Assembly: GCA_002269645.1 (NCBI GenBank)
Contig: NIVC01003240.1
Span: 1-64,000, forward strand
Reading direction: 5' to 3'
Length of the DNA: 64,000 nucleotides
Source: Macrostomum lignano
Taxonomy: Eukaryota
The stretch's first letter is position 1, and every line of letters starts with the position of its first letter. Below the pieces are notes generated by a model. It was not told the origin of the DNA. It saw only the letters and a list, made by a program, of their open reading frames with translations, and ran no database searches. A program made the translations under genes and the position numbers. This document shows positions 13,957-27,393 of this stretch, one piece after another.

Positions 13957-14342
13957 GCCATCATAAGCTCGAAAAATCACATCGTCGAAAACAAGGCTCC
14001 ATCACAAGCTCGAAAAGTCATAAGCTCGAAAAATCACATCGTCGAAAATAAGGCTCCATCACAAGCTCGAAAAGTCATAAGCTCAAAAAATCACATCGTC
14101 GAAAACTGATTTAGCAACCACCATCACAAGCTCGAAAAGTCACAAGCTCTAACCCTAACCCTAAGGCACCAGTACCCTAGCCTAACCCTGAACCATAACC
14201 CTAAGGCACTAACCCTAACCACAACCCAACCTAACCCTAACCCTAACCCTAGGGCACAAGTTCTAACCCTAACCCTATTCGAGCTTGTGATGGTGGTTGC
14301 TAAATCAGTTTTCGACGATATGACTTTTCGAGCTTGTGATGG
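13957..14342. mobile_element. Non-autonomous element: 57-bp tandem units and inverted arms enclosing telomere-like (TAACCC)n
   Basis: Units start at 13999 and 14056. Arm 14056-14136 is the reverse complement of 14278-14342 apart from an indel. The loop 14137-14277 contains degenerate CCCTAA repeats. Confidence 0.6.
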
Positions 14343-15339
14343 GCCTTGTGGTGTGAGCGTGTGTGTGAGTGCATGCCAGAGTACAGTATTGACGCGCTTG
14401 AATGTGCTCAGGACTCAGCGGAACGGGGCAGAATTGCCTCAGCGCTGGCTGTGGGATCATGTGGCCGAAGGTGTTGCACAACTTTCAAAAGTTCCGTAAA
14501 GACAGAACGCTTCAAACTGACAGAAGTTACGATATAGATTTAATAAAAGCTCACGCAGAAACTACAACAGATAAACTGTTAAACATTTCTGACTCTAAGC
14601 AAGAGTTACCACTCCAAATTCTGGATGTGAGCGTCCTTGACTCACCTCCTCAACCCGGGGGGCAAGGCCCATCTGTAAGTTTCAAAAAATTTATATCGCA
14701 ATTTTTTGCTACATTTGCTGTTGTAAAATGCAAATTCATTTTTTCCAACCAAACCCTACGGAAGATCGTGCAGAAAAAATATGAAAAAATGGATTCCTTT
14801 GCGTTCGAAGTTTTTTCTTAAAAATTATTCCACTGATGGACTCAGTGCCGATAGACCTGCAGGAATAAATAAGAGAACAATTTTTCAACTCTTCCCATTT
14901 TAAATAAGTCTTTTTCGGGCAAGCAAAATTCATTTCTCAATCATTTAGAAATTGGAAATTCAAGATGAAAATTTCAATCAAATACACTAAATACTACTGA
15001 CTAAGTCTTGTTAGTAGTGCATGTCGAACATTAAGCTTGAAGAAGTATTTTTAAAGCAACGTAAATCTTAATTTGTCAAGTTCCTTTTCAATTTGCGTAG
15101 TAACCTTTTTCTTCCTTTCTGCTTCGTCCGCTCTGAAATTCGTTTTTTGCTAAGAAAAATAATGAGAGACAACTGTGTGAATCGTAGGTCTGCTCCACAG
15201 GACAAGCTGGAGCTTTGCTATTCACTGTTATATCCAGCTTGGCAGCTTGTCTTCTGCTGGCTCTCTACAGCCTGCGTCGCGATTGAGATGCCTAAGTTTA
15301 TTGCAAATCCTGGTGGATAGATTGAGCATTGAGTTTGAG

Positions 15340-16086
15340 TGTGAGTATGAGCATGAGCATGAGCATGAGCATGAGCATGAGCATGAGTATGAGCATGAGT
15401 ATGAGCATGAGCATGAGTATGAGCATGAGCATGAGCATGAGTATGAGCATGAGCATGAGCATGAGCATGAGTATGAGCATGAGCATGAGTATGAGCATGA
15501 GCATGAGTATGAGCATGAGCATGAGTATGAGCATGAGCATGAGCATGAGTATGAGTATGAGCATGAGTATGAGCATGAGTATGAGTATGAACATGAGTAT
15601 GAGCATGAGTATGAGTATGAGTATGAGCATGAGCATGAGTATGAGCATGAGCATGAGTATGAGCATGAGCATGAGCATGAGTATGAGCATGAGCATGAGT
15701 ATGAGCATGAGCATGAGCATGAGTATGAGTATGAGCATGAGTATGAGCATGAGTATGAGTATGAGTATGAGCATGAGCAGGAGTATGAGCATGAGTATGA
15801 GCATGAGTATGAGCATGAGCATGAGCAGGAGTATGAGCATGAGTATGAGCATGAGCATGAGCATGAGTATGAGTATGAGCATGAGCATGAGCATGAGCAT
15901 GAGCATGAGTATGAGCATGAGCATGAGTATGAGTATGAGCATGAGCATGAGCATGAGTATGAGTATGAGTATGAGCATGAGCATGAGCATGAGCATGAGC
16001 ATGAGTATGAGCATGAGCATGAGTATGAGTATGAGCATGAGCATGAGCATGAGTATGAGCATGAGTATGAGCATGAGCATGAGCAT
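15340..16086. repeat. (GAGCAT/GAGTAT)n hexanucleotide array
   Basis: Directly visible; source of the HE/SM/CS/ML pseudo-ORFs. Confidence 0.95.
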
Positions 16087-16694
16087 ACAGTAAAGACGTA
16101 CCAGCCTCCCATTTGCCCCTCATCTGAAAGCTCAGCTCAAATTATGGATATTTTTAAAAGCAATTGATGAGTTGCCATTGCTCGCTAGTATTTTATATTT
16201 CAGCGCACAAAGGAAGAGGATTAGTGGATTAGATTAGCCATCTTGCTTTTAGCTTTGATGCTTTCAAGCAAACGGAAATGGAACACCTGATGCAGTGCGG
16301 CAGCACCTGCAGCCAAGCCGCCCCCAGCCTCACACTTACACCCGACAGGACATACTGTCTTCTGCTTTCAAATCCGTTCGCAAAATAGGCAATCAAAATT
16401 TCTGGCAGAGCAAATTTGGAATTGGGATTTGTTTGTAAGTGGGATAAAAATAGCTGCACCAGAGTGGGGAAATCAAGGGAGAATGCGTGAGAGCAGACAG
16501 TGACGATACTCAGCTGATACTTAGAAATATTGACTCTGCAAATTAACAATTTTTATTAAAACAATCGCAACTGCAACAGGAATTGTCGTGCAATTCACAG
16601 CCATGACGGCCAGCCCCCTAAGGCACAGAGAGTGCACATGCCTGACGATTAGAAAGTCAGGGCCGCTGTGCACCCTGTGTGAACGTGTGATCAT

Positions 16695-17021
16695 TTATCC
16701 ACAAATATTCACCAACTATTATCAGTTATCCACAAATATCCACCAACTATTATCATTTATCCACAGATATCCGCCAACTATTATCAGTTATCCACAAATA
16801 TCCACTAACTATTATCAGTTATCCACAAATGTCCACCAACTATTATCAGTTATCCACAAATATCCACCAACTATTATCAGTTATCCACAAATATTCACCA
16901 ACTATTATCAGTTATCCACAAATATCCACCAACTATTATCAGTTATCCACAAATATTCACCAACTATTATCAGTTATCCACAAATATTCACCAACTATTA
17001 TCAGTTATCCACAAATATCCA
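16695..17021. repeat. 31-bp minisatellite
   Basis: Unit TTATCCACAAATAT(T/C)CACCAACTATTATCAG. Confidence 0.9.
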
Positions 17022-17431
17022 CCCCAATTACCAGCTAAATGCATATCTGCAATGAAATCGAGTTGAAAATGAATTGCTGTACTTTTATGTCACAAGACGA
17101 GCGCGAATGCGAGTCAACGCACACCTTTATTGAATTGCAGTTAGCGGGCATCTCAGAGGCCGCTAAGGATGTTGCAGAATTAGCATTTGTCAGAAGTGCA
17201 GAATACAGTAAGCGGCTGGCAAACAGAAGCAAAGAGAACAGTACAGTACAGCGTTAGTACAGTGGGACTAGATGTTGGTAAAAGTACTTTACGAGCGTAC
17301 TTTGGTTTGTAATAGACAATAGGGTAATTTTATGGGGTCCATGGCAGTATTAAAGTTTCCTGAGAGCGCAAAAAATTATAGGGCTTCCGTGGATTGGGTG
17401 TTAGATGTTTGGGGTGTCATATATTGGGGTT

Positions 17432-18010
17432 TTAGATGGTTGGGGTGTCAGATGGTTGGGGTGTCAGATGGTTGGGGTGTCAGATGGTTGGGGTGTCAGA
17501 TGGTTGGGGTGTCAGATGGTTGGGGTGTCAGATGGTTGGGGTGTCAGATGGTTGTGGTGTCAGATGGTTGGGGTGTCAGATGGTTGGGATGTCAGATGGT
17601 TGGGATGTCATATAGTTAGGGTGTCAGATGGTTGGGATGTCATATAGTTGTGGTGTCAGATGGTTGGGGTGTCAGATGGTTGGGGTGTCAGATGGTTGGG
17701 GTGTCAGATGGTTGGGGTGTCAGATGGTTGGGGTGTCAGATGGTTGTGGTGTCAGATGGTTGGGGTGTCAGATGGTTGGGGTGTCAGATGGTTGGGGTGT
17801 CAGATGGTTGTGGTGTCAGATGGTTGGGGTGTCAGATGGTTGGGATGTCAGATGGTTGGGATGTCATATAGTTAGGGTGTCAGATGGTTGGGATGTCATA
17901 TAGTTGTGGTGTCAGATGGTTGGGGTGTCAGATGGTTGGGATGTCAGATGGTTGGGGTGTCATATAGTTGGGTGTCAGATGGTTGGGATGTCATATAGTT
18001 GGGGTGTCAG
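17432..18010. repeat. 16-bp G-rich minisatellite
   Basis: Unit GATGGTTGGGGTGTCA. Confidence 0.95.
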
Positions 18011-18378
18011 ATCGAACAGAATTCTGTCAGAAGATAGATTGGGGTGTCAGGTAGGACGCGGCAGAAGCCACTCACATGTAGTTGTGGGGAGGGTAACATT
18101 AACACAGGCTAATAGTACATTACAGATTGCACTGTTGCAGTGCTAGCAATGAGCATTCTAAAAATTGGCGACAGGAATTAACCGACACAAAATTGTTTGG
18201 ACAACTACGTGCGCCACGGCCGCATTTAAAAAATTTTGATTTTTAAAAAAATAGCGATTACTTCAAGCGCAAAGCACAATAATTGGAATAAATTATAATT
18301 TTTTTGAAGCGTTTAGCAGGAAAAGAACTTATGATGTTTTCAAATTTTTAAATTAATAATTCCTGGAAAAATAATGCA

Positions 18379-20860
18379 CCACCCATGAGCTCACCCATGA
18401 CATCTCATGAGCTTATGAATGATATCTCATGAGCTCACCCATGACATCTCATGAGCTTATGAATGATATCTCATGAGCTCACCCATGACATCTCATGAGC
18501 TTATGAATGATATCTCATGAGCTCACCCATGACATCTCATGAGCTTATGAATGATATCTCATGAGCTCACCCATGACATCTCATGAGCTTATGAATGATA
18601 TCTCATGAGCTCACCCATGACATCTCATGAGCTTATGAATGATATCTCATGAGCTCACCCATGACATCTCATGAGCTTATGAATGATATCTCATGAGCTC
18701 ACCCATGACATCTCATGAGCTTATGAATGACATCTCATGAGCTCACCCATGACATCTCATGAGCTTATGAATGATATCTCATGAGCTCACCCATGACATC
18801 TCATGAGCTTATGAATGATATCTCATGAGCTCACCCATGACATCTCATGAGCTTATGAATGACATCTCATGAGCTCACCCATGACATCTCATGAGCTTAT
18901 GAATGATATCTCATGAGCTCACCCATGACATCTCATGAGCTTATGAATGATATCTCATGAGCTCACCCATGACATCTCATGAGCTTATGAATGATATCTC
19001 ATGAGCTCACCCATGACATCTCATGAGCTTATGAATGATATCTCATGAGCTCACCCATGACATCTCATGAGCTTATGAATGATATCTCATGAGCTCACCC
19101 ATGACATCTCATGAGCTTATGAATGATATCTCATGAGCTCACCCATGACATCTCATGAGCTTATGAATGATATCTCATGAGCTCACCCATGACATCTCAT
19201 GAGCTTATGAATGATATCTCATGAGCTCACCCATGACATCTCATGAGCTTATGAATGATATCTCATGAGCTCACCCATGACATCTCATGAGCTTATGAAT
19301 GACATCTCATGAGCTCACCCATGACATCTCATGAGCTTATGAATGATATCTCATGAGCTCACCCATGACATCTCATGAGCTTATGAATGATATCTCATGA
19401 GCTCACCCATGACATCTCATGAGCTTATGAATGATATCTCATGAGCTCACCCATGACATCTCATGAGCTTATGAATGATATCTCATGAGCTCACCCATGA
19501 CATCTCATGAGCTTATGAATGATATCTCATGAGCTCACCCATGACATCTCATGAGCTTATGAATGATATCTCATGAGCTCACCCATGACATCTCATGAGC
19601 TTATGAATGATATCTCATGAGCTCACCCATGACATCTCATGAGCTTATGAATGATATCTCATGAGCTCACCCATGACATCTCATGAGCTTATGAATGATA
19701 TCTCATGAGCTCACCCATGACATCTCATGAGCTTATGAATGATATCTCATGAGCTCACCCATGACATCTCATGAGCTTATGAATGATATCTCATGAGCTC
19801 ACCCATGACATCTCATGAGCTTATGAATGATATCTCATGAGCTCACCCATGACATCTCATGAGCTTATGAATGATATCTCATGAGCTCACCCATGACATC
19901 TCATGAGCTTATGAATGATATCTCATGAGCTCACCCATGACATCTCATGAGCTTATGAATGATATCTCATGAGCTCACCCATGACATCTCATGAGCTTAT
20001 GAATGATATCTCATGAGCTCACCCATGACATCTCATGAGCTTATGAATGATATCTCATGAGCTCACCCATGACATCTCATGAGCTTATGAATGATATCTC
20101 ATGAGCTCACCCATGACATCTCATGAGCTTATGAATGATATCTCATGAGCTCACCCATGACATCTCATGAGCTTATGAATGATATCTCATGAGCTCACCC
20201 ATGACATCTCATGAGCTTATGAATGATATCTCATGAGCTCACCCATGACATCTCATGAGCTTATGAATGATATCTCATGAGCTCACCCATGACATCTCAT
20301 GAGCTTATGAATGATATCTCATGAGCTCACCCATGACATCTCATGAGCTTATGAATGATATCTCATGAGCTCACCCATGACATCTCATGAGCTTATGAAT
20401 GATATCTCATGAGCTCACCCATGACATCTCATGAGCTTATGAATGATATCTCATGAGCTCACCCATGACATCTCATGAGCTTATGAATGATATCTCATGA
20501 GCTCACCCATGACATCTCATGAGCTTATGAATGATATCTCATGAGCTCACCCATGACATCTCATGAGCTTATGAATGATATCTCATGAGCTCACCCATGA
20601 CATCTCATGAGCTTATGAATGATATCTCATGAGCTCACCCATGACATCTCATGAGCTTATGAATGATATCTCATGAGCTCACCCATGACATCTCATGAGC
20701 TTATGAATGATATCTCATGAGCTCACCCATGACATCTCATGAGCTTATGAATGATATCTCATGAGCTCACCCATGACATCTCATGAGCTTATGAATGATA
20801 TCTCATGAGCTCACCCATGACATCTCATGAGCTTATGAATGATATCTCATGAGCTCACAT
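18379..20860. repeat. 44-bp satellite, about 56 nearly identical copies
   Basis: Unit CACCCATGACATCTCATGAGCTTATGAATGATATCTCATGAGCT (two related 22-bp halves); degenerate tail to about 20930. Confidence 0.97.
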
Positions 20861-21176
20861 ATGAGCTCATACGTGACTTCTAATGAGCTTCCATATGATA
20901 TGTATCATGAGCTCACATATGAGGTCATCGTCGATGATACCAGCTGAGTTCTTACATCACACGTCTTTACTCCTACTTGAGCTATTCTGAGTACATGCGT
21001 AGATAGGAGATTATAGGAGTTCACATAAGGTCACATTATTAGTTTATGTACGCGATCGAATGCATTTCTGCTGGGGAATCAATGAGTTCGTGTGTCAAAA
21101 ATGAAACGATTCAAGTTCCAAGTGAGACATCGCTTGACCTCATTTGACTAAGACCAAGCCTCTCTCTCGCTCTCAG

Positions 21177-23067
21177 TCACATCAGGTCGCAGCGAGGTCG
21201 CCTCCGCCTTCGCAGCTTACGCGTCGGCTTCAGGAAGTACAGCTTCCGCTTAGTGCAGACGAGAATCTTGTCCTCGCCTAGCGGCGCAATGCCCGTGATG
21301 TCCGCCAGCTCCTGCAGGAACTCCAAACGCTGCACAAAGATGAACTCGCTTCGCCGGATGATCCAGAACACCCGCTGGCGCTGGTTGTCGGTGAAGATAA
21401 TTCGCTTATCGCTGGTAGTGATGATGTGCGCAGGCACAGAGTCGAATATCTGCGTGGTCGTGAGCTTCCTGTACACCCCCGTGCGGTCGTTCACGATGAG
21501 AATGTGACCCTCCGACGGACAGGAGACCCACAGCATTCGGCGCTCTCTAGTCCAGGTCACGTGATGCGGATGCAAATTCTCGAAGGTGAACCAGTGTCCG
21601 GTGCGGGCCAGGGCGGGGGTGAGGAACTCGACCTTCTGATCGGCCGGCTGCGCCACCACGAGCTCACCGCGGCGCTCGTCGACGTGGAAGCCGGCGAACA
21701 GCGGCTCATCGCTGCCGGCAGCGGCTCCAGGCCGTTCGAGGCGGCGGATCACAAGACCGTCGAGCTGAACGCAGGCGATCGCTGACGTCCAGCGGGTGGC
21801 GGAGTCGCTGGGCACAACGCCGCTGACGTAGACGAGCCCGTTAGTGAAAGTCATGTAGTAGCAGCGCATACGGTGACCGCCCAGCACAACGGGGAAGTCT
21901 TTCAACCGACCGTCCTGGCTGGAGTACAGCAGCAGAGAGTGGCTGCAGGAGTTCAGCAGGATCATGTCTACCTGGTCCTCCGGGTCGGCGATCAGGCCGG
22001 CTGCGCCGATCTCCAGGCCGGCCCCGGGATGCTGGAGGTCCAGAAAGCCGGTCTCGATCTCCTTCAGCTTGTAGCTGCTGTGCCGGCGCATGTTGTGCCG
22101 GATGAAGCTCAGGTCGAGCGCGTCCTCCTCTTCGGCCTCCTCCGAGGACTCGTCTGAAGTTGCGTCGTCTCGCGGATAGCGGGACGGAAGAGACGGCGGC
22201 TGCTGGTGCTGCTGCGCCGTGGCCGATGGCAGCGGCGGCGGAGGCGGCGGCAGCGGCTGCCTGGCGTCGCGTCCTCTTCGATTCGGCTGCGCCGGGTTGC
22301 CCAGCTTCCCTCTGGTCGCCCCGTCCTCGGCGTCCAGCCGGCTGATCAGCTTGTTGAGGTTCTCTCGGACAGCCAGCAGTTCGGCGCGGTCGAAGGCGTC
22401 CCGCTCCAGCTCGGACCGGCGGACGAAGTCCTTGGCCAGATGAGCGAGGATCTCCTGCTTTCGTTCGAGGCTGCGCCTCCGCGTGGAGCTCCTGGCGCAG
22501 ACCGGACTGTCGCCACCCAACGACAGCTGCAGCCGACGGCAGTGCCTCTCGGCGATGTAGTCAGCGATGGACTGGTGAGCGGCCGCCGTGGGCAGGGCTC
22601 GAACTCCGTCCGGCGGCAGGCGAACGGACACGCGACAGAGCGGACAGGCCAGGCTGCCGTGCGAAGCCGGCACCTGTTGCTGCTGCTTCTTCTGCTGCTG
22701 CTGGCTCTCCCAGCGGGCCAGGCACGCAAGGCAGAACACGTGCGAGCAGGGCAGCAGCCGCGGCTGCGACAGCTGGCCCAGGTGGATGGCGCAGGTGGTC
22801 AGCTCCTCCAGCTGTTCCACGCTGCCGCTCGAGTCTTCGCTCGCTGAATCGGCGCCGTTGCCGCCGCCGCTGCCGTCGCCTTCGCCGCCGCTGCCGAGGC
22901 CGGAGCAGCTGTCGAAGCTGCCTCTCCGCGTGTTGGAGCTCTCCTGCGTGCGGAGATTTGCGCGAAGCACTCAGAATAGCCCCAGGCCAAACTGTACACT
23001 TGGCTAACGAAGTCGCTTTCTAAGGGAAAAGTGCTTAGAAGCACTCACCGCCTGCCTCCCCTGTCAT
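21177..23067 (-). CDS. RING-finger + NHL-like beta-propeller protein (TRIM-NHL-like E3 ubiquitin ligase without B-box)
   Basis: ORF 21177-22970 has RING pattern CAIH...LPCSHVFCLAC...CPLC and a C-terminal ~300 aa of beta-strand/Gly-Asp repeats. The ORF has no ATG before the RING. The best start model is mini-exon 23067-23049 (ATG ACA GGG GAG GCA GGC G|GTGAGT) spliced to 22969 via a weak GAG acceptor; an alternative phase-0 acceptor CGCAG gives an exon start at 22943. Confidence 0.85.
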
Positions 23068-23883
23068 TATTCGTGTCCTGAGCTCTCCTCAGTCCTTTCT
23101 AGGTCTGCAGCTGGGATAATTTTAGGGCCACGCCGGCAGCTCTTTGAGAATCATTAGAGACCTTGAAGGCAGGATTCTAGAAGTTGCAGGCCTATATTTA
23201 TCCTGTCAGCAGTGATGTACTTAGTCGGGAAGGCTCTTTAGTCTGAGCAGCAGTACAAGGAATGGGAGATCAATTCCCGTGACTGACACTTCTGCACGCA
23301 TTCCTTTCTCAGCTTCCCAATGACAAATTTGGCCTCAGGTGAGGCTTGCCCAACTCTGGGGATGGCGCTATGGAGATTTGAGTCTGGCCGAGCGGCGCTA
23401 TCCGCAGATCGATGCGGCTAATGCGCTACTAAAAATATCCAGAGCGCGTGAAATTGTCTGCCAGCCCGAATCTGCGAGAGACGTGCGCGCGCGTGACTGC
23501 GGCAGCCCCGCTACCCCCCCGTCCTGCCCAGCGCTTCTTCGTATTAATTACTGTAGAGGCCTTGTATCCATCATCTTGGCTGCTGCCACTGCGGACTTCA
23601 AAGGGCGGTTTCTAATCCACCGATGGGACCCATTTAATATAGCGAGTACTCCGCAATCCCGCCCTCTCGGTTGCCGCCTCGGGGCCTCCGGTGCACTCAG
23701 TTCGTTCAAAGATTGCACCGCTGGGACAAAGCTGGGGTTGGGAATTGAATGTGGGCTTCACTGGCTGATTGAATTCAGTTCTGGCCTCAGTGCATCCGGG
23801 TGAGCTGCTAGAATGGCAATTAGTGAACTCTGAATTTACGTAAGGCTTTTCTACCCTCTGAAATCCGTGCTGCTCACATCCCT

Positions 23884-24187
23884 GTGACATCAGCAACCGG
23901 TAACACTGACATGACGTCAGCAACCGGTAACACTGACATGACATCAGCAACCGTTAACACTGACATGACATCAGCAACCGGTAACACTGACATGACGTCA
24001 GCAATCGGTAACACTGACATGACATCAGCAACCGGTAACACTGACATGACGTCAGCAACCGGTAACACAGAATTCCTTGTGACATCAGCAACCGGTAACA
24101 CTGACATGACGTCAGCAACCGGTAACACTGAATTCCCTGTGACATCAGCAACCGGTAACACTGAATTCCCTATGACGTCAGCAACCC
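23884..24187. repeat. 27-bp minisatellite
   Basis: Unit TGACATCAGCAACCGGTAACACTGACA, with some 30-bp variants. Confidence 0.9.
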
Positions 24188-24553
24188 GTAATGCGAACAT
24201 CCGTATGACAGGAAATGATGGAGCTGACTGATAACCTCAGTGATAGAAAAGTGCCTTTTGCTCCCGACAGCCTCTGCGGCATCAAAAACCCGCTACGCTG
24301 AGGACACTCACCAGGTCCAAGGAACCGGTCCTAACCGGATTGAGTCGCTTCTGTATCCGGCCGGCCGAACAGGCAGCCCCGGCAGTCTCCATGCAGCGAT
24401 CGGACAAGTGGAAGGCTGTGCACGTGTGGGCGGCGGCAAAGCAGGCAGACGGGGAATTCAATGCCTGACTTTCCTTCTAAAACAGCCTTATTTTAAGCTC
24501 GTTTTTCTCGTTAGGAAAAAAACTCGCATTTGCCGCCTTTTTATTATCTCCAT

Positions 24554-24555
<2 letters not shown>

Positions 24556-24593
<38 letters not shown>
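24556..24593. repeat. (CT)n microsatellite
   Basis: Directly visible. Confidence 0.9.
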
Positions 24594-24597
<4 letters not shown>

Positions 24598-25540
24598 ACT
24601 TTCCGCCGAATCCAGTTGAGAGGCGGAGGGCGACGAGAGAGCGGTGCAGATGGCGTTGGCGGATGCCGCCACAACCCCCCCCCCTCTACCCCACCTATGG
24701 CGGGAAGGGGAAGAAGGGCCGATGGCAACCCTCCCGCGCTGCAGCTGAGGTCGGGAAGGACGGGAATGGACTTGAGGAGGGGATCTACTGCATTGAGGAG
24801 GCTAGGAATGAGGGGGGGACTGCGCTCCCTACCCCTAGCACCGCGCGCAAAGCACTTTTGGTATGCCCCGTCTCCCCCCCCCCTAACAGGCTGTCAGTTT
24901 GTTCTTTTTCCTCTTCTGCTTCGACGTTTCGTTTTTCTCTGTGTGTTTGTCCACCAGTGCACTGTGGACCGCATTATAAAATACAGAACTGCTGGACCCT
25001 TCAAGAAAAATATTATTGCCATTTTCCGTACCAGTTGCGTAGTAAACTTTACTTTCGATACATATCGGGCCTATAATGTTAAATCTTGGATTTAAATTTT
25101 TCAAAACATTTCCCTTCCAATTAGGAACCCACCAATTTTTGCTGTACTCCATTCTCTATTCGCTCTCTCTCCCCTATTTCTCTATATTTATTTTGTATCT
25201 GCCCAATTCCGCCGCGATAAATAATGCACTTTTATAGCCCGGCTGTAGAGTGTAGCTTAGCATAAATCTGCGGAACTGGGGGGGGGGAGTTTCTTGTTTC
25301 AGATCCAAATGCACTGAGTGGGCAGGGAGAGGGCAAGACTGAGTGGAACTCCGGTGTGCTGGGCGGGATGAACTGATCAAAGCAAAGGCTTGGGATTTGG
25401 GAATAAGCACAGGAGAAGTTGGTCTAAGTCCCACCGGAAAAGAAGTAAGCCAAGAAATTGAGAATAAGAAATCTTATGCTCCAGTTTTGGGAAAATAAGT
25501 TGAATTCTTGTACCGAAACGGCTTTGCGAGTGCAGAATAA

Positions 25541-26040
25541 CATTAACCCAACATCGATCCTTGTAGACTTCTCATCATTGCAGCATCACATGCATTAACC
25601 CAACATCCTTGTAGACTTCTCATCATTGCAGCATCACATGCATTAACCCAACATCCTTGTAGACTTCTCATCATTGCAGCATCACATGCATTAACCCAAC
25701 ATCGATCCTTGTAGACTTCTCATCATTGCAGCATCACATGCATTAACCCAACATCGATCCTTGTAGACTTCTCATCATTGCAGCATCACATGCATTAACC
25801 CAACATCGATCCTTGTAGACTTCTCATCATTGCAGCATCACATGCATTAACCCAACATCGATCCTTGTAGACTTCTCATCATTGCAGCATCACATGCATT
25901 AACCCAACATCGATCCTTGTAGACTTCTCATCATTGCAGCATCACATGCCTTAACCCAACATCCTTGTAGACTTCTCATCATTGCAGCATCACATGCATT
26001 AACCCAGCATCCTTGTAGATTTCTCATCATTACAGCATCA
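25541..26040. repeat. 48/52-bp minisatellite, about 10 copies
   Basis: Unit CATTAACCCAACAT(CGAT)CCTTGTAGACTTCTCATCATTGCAGCATCACATG. Confidence 0.92.
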
Positions 26041-27393
26041 CAAACTATAACTTAGCATCCTTGTTCATCCTTGCGAGCTCTTACCTACAAGGACCACCAG
26101 GAACACTAGTAGTTCTTGGCTTTTACATCATCGTGAGTTCTTTCACCCGTCGTGAAGTCTTAAATCCTCGCGACTTCTACATCTTAAACACACGCGGAAA
26201 CGTGTACCCCTGGTCGGCTTACAAGGTAGGCAACTTGGGGGGGGGGAGTATGCGGCCTCCAGAGGCAAATAGAGGGTTGCCGAACTCCCGCCGCAAGCCT
26301 TGACCTTGAACTTGAATAGGGTGCGAAGCGTGAAGCATCGCAGACCATAGCCATTAGTCCAAGTCTATCACATACTTCACAGGCATACTGAAACGTCATT
26401 GCGGGCCATACTCGCTACTTCTACATGCTCTTTACATTCACAAACCCTGTGACTTATACATCCGCGTGAGTCCTGTCCTTGTGAATTCTGCGTCATTATA
26501 ACATCTACATCCTCTACTTCTTTACTCTGTTATACGGTTTTGCTCTTGACTCATGAATGACTCGTACACTCTCTTGACTTCCTCATCCTGTGCTGTCCTA
26601 GAGTATTTACATTAAGTGAAAAAATGCCGAAAGGAAATAGTGCAACTCGCGAGTGAGTCATGAGACTCAAAGACGCTCTAAGACGCCCGATAGTATTTGA
26701 GTGCAGCTCACGGAGGGCTCACAGCACGGTCTCAAAAAAGCCAGGCTTCAGCATCCTTATGGGGGATATTGTGTACCCAACTCTCGTAGATAAGATTAAT
26801 GCCTATCCATATACGAATAGGGATCCCTCGATATCAAAGTGCCCAATGTACTAATTGGAAAAATCGATATTTTTCGCACAACTCCTTCGAAGCGTTAAAA
26901 CTGCGTGTCCGGGTTTTGCTCGGATCTGCTCCCATTAGACTCATTATTGCTCCGGCCAGTTCAGCTAATCAGCTTAAACTAGCTGCCTAATGCACTGATC
27001 AGTTTCCTAGCTCTATTATTGTAGGCTACTCTTTGCAGGCTAGCTCGTAAAAGCCCGCCCATTAGCATAACTGCTCTTTGATTTAGCTAGCGATCTGCTT
27101 CAGCGACTCGGCCTGCCGGAGACTGCATGACTGGATAATGCCAAGCAGTGAATGCAGGCAAATATGAGCAGTGTTCGGGGGCCTGTTCGGGGCCTCAATT
27201 GAGTTCGTGCGCATGCTAAATAGCTATTATCGTTCAATCTATCAATAGTTGTTGACTGCATCCTGATATGCACTCTAGTGTCACCTCACACAGCATTGCA
27301 CTGGCCTCTGACTTACTGTTCCAATTTACAGCTCTGTCTCCAGCTATAAGCTGTTAGCTGAAGACCACTCTCTCTTGTGTCTCTGTCTTCCTC

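Noticed and set aside
14137-14277. True telomere or chromosome-fusion site
   Set aside because: Short, degenerate, single orientation, and enclosed by element-like inverted arms.
15218-16167. His/Glu-, Cys/Ser- and Met-rich ORFs resembling metal-binding proteins
   Set aside because: All are alternative frames of one hexanucleotide microsatellite.
16695-17021. Tandem TTATCCACA motifs identical to the bacterial DnaA box
   Set aside because: They are part of a 31-bp minisatellite in intron-bearing eukaryotic DNA, with no bacterial genes nearby.
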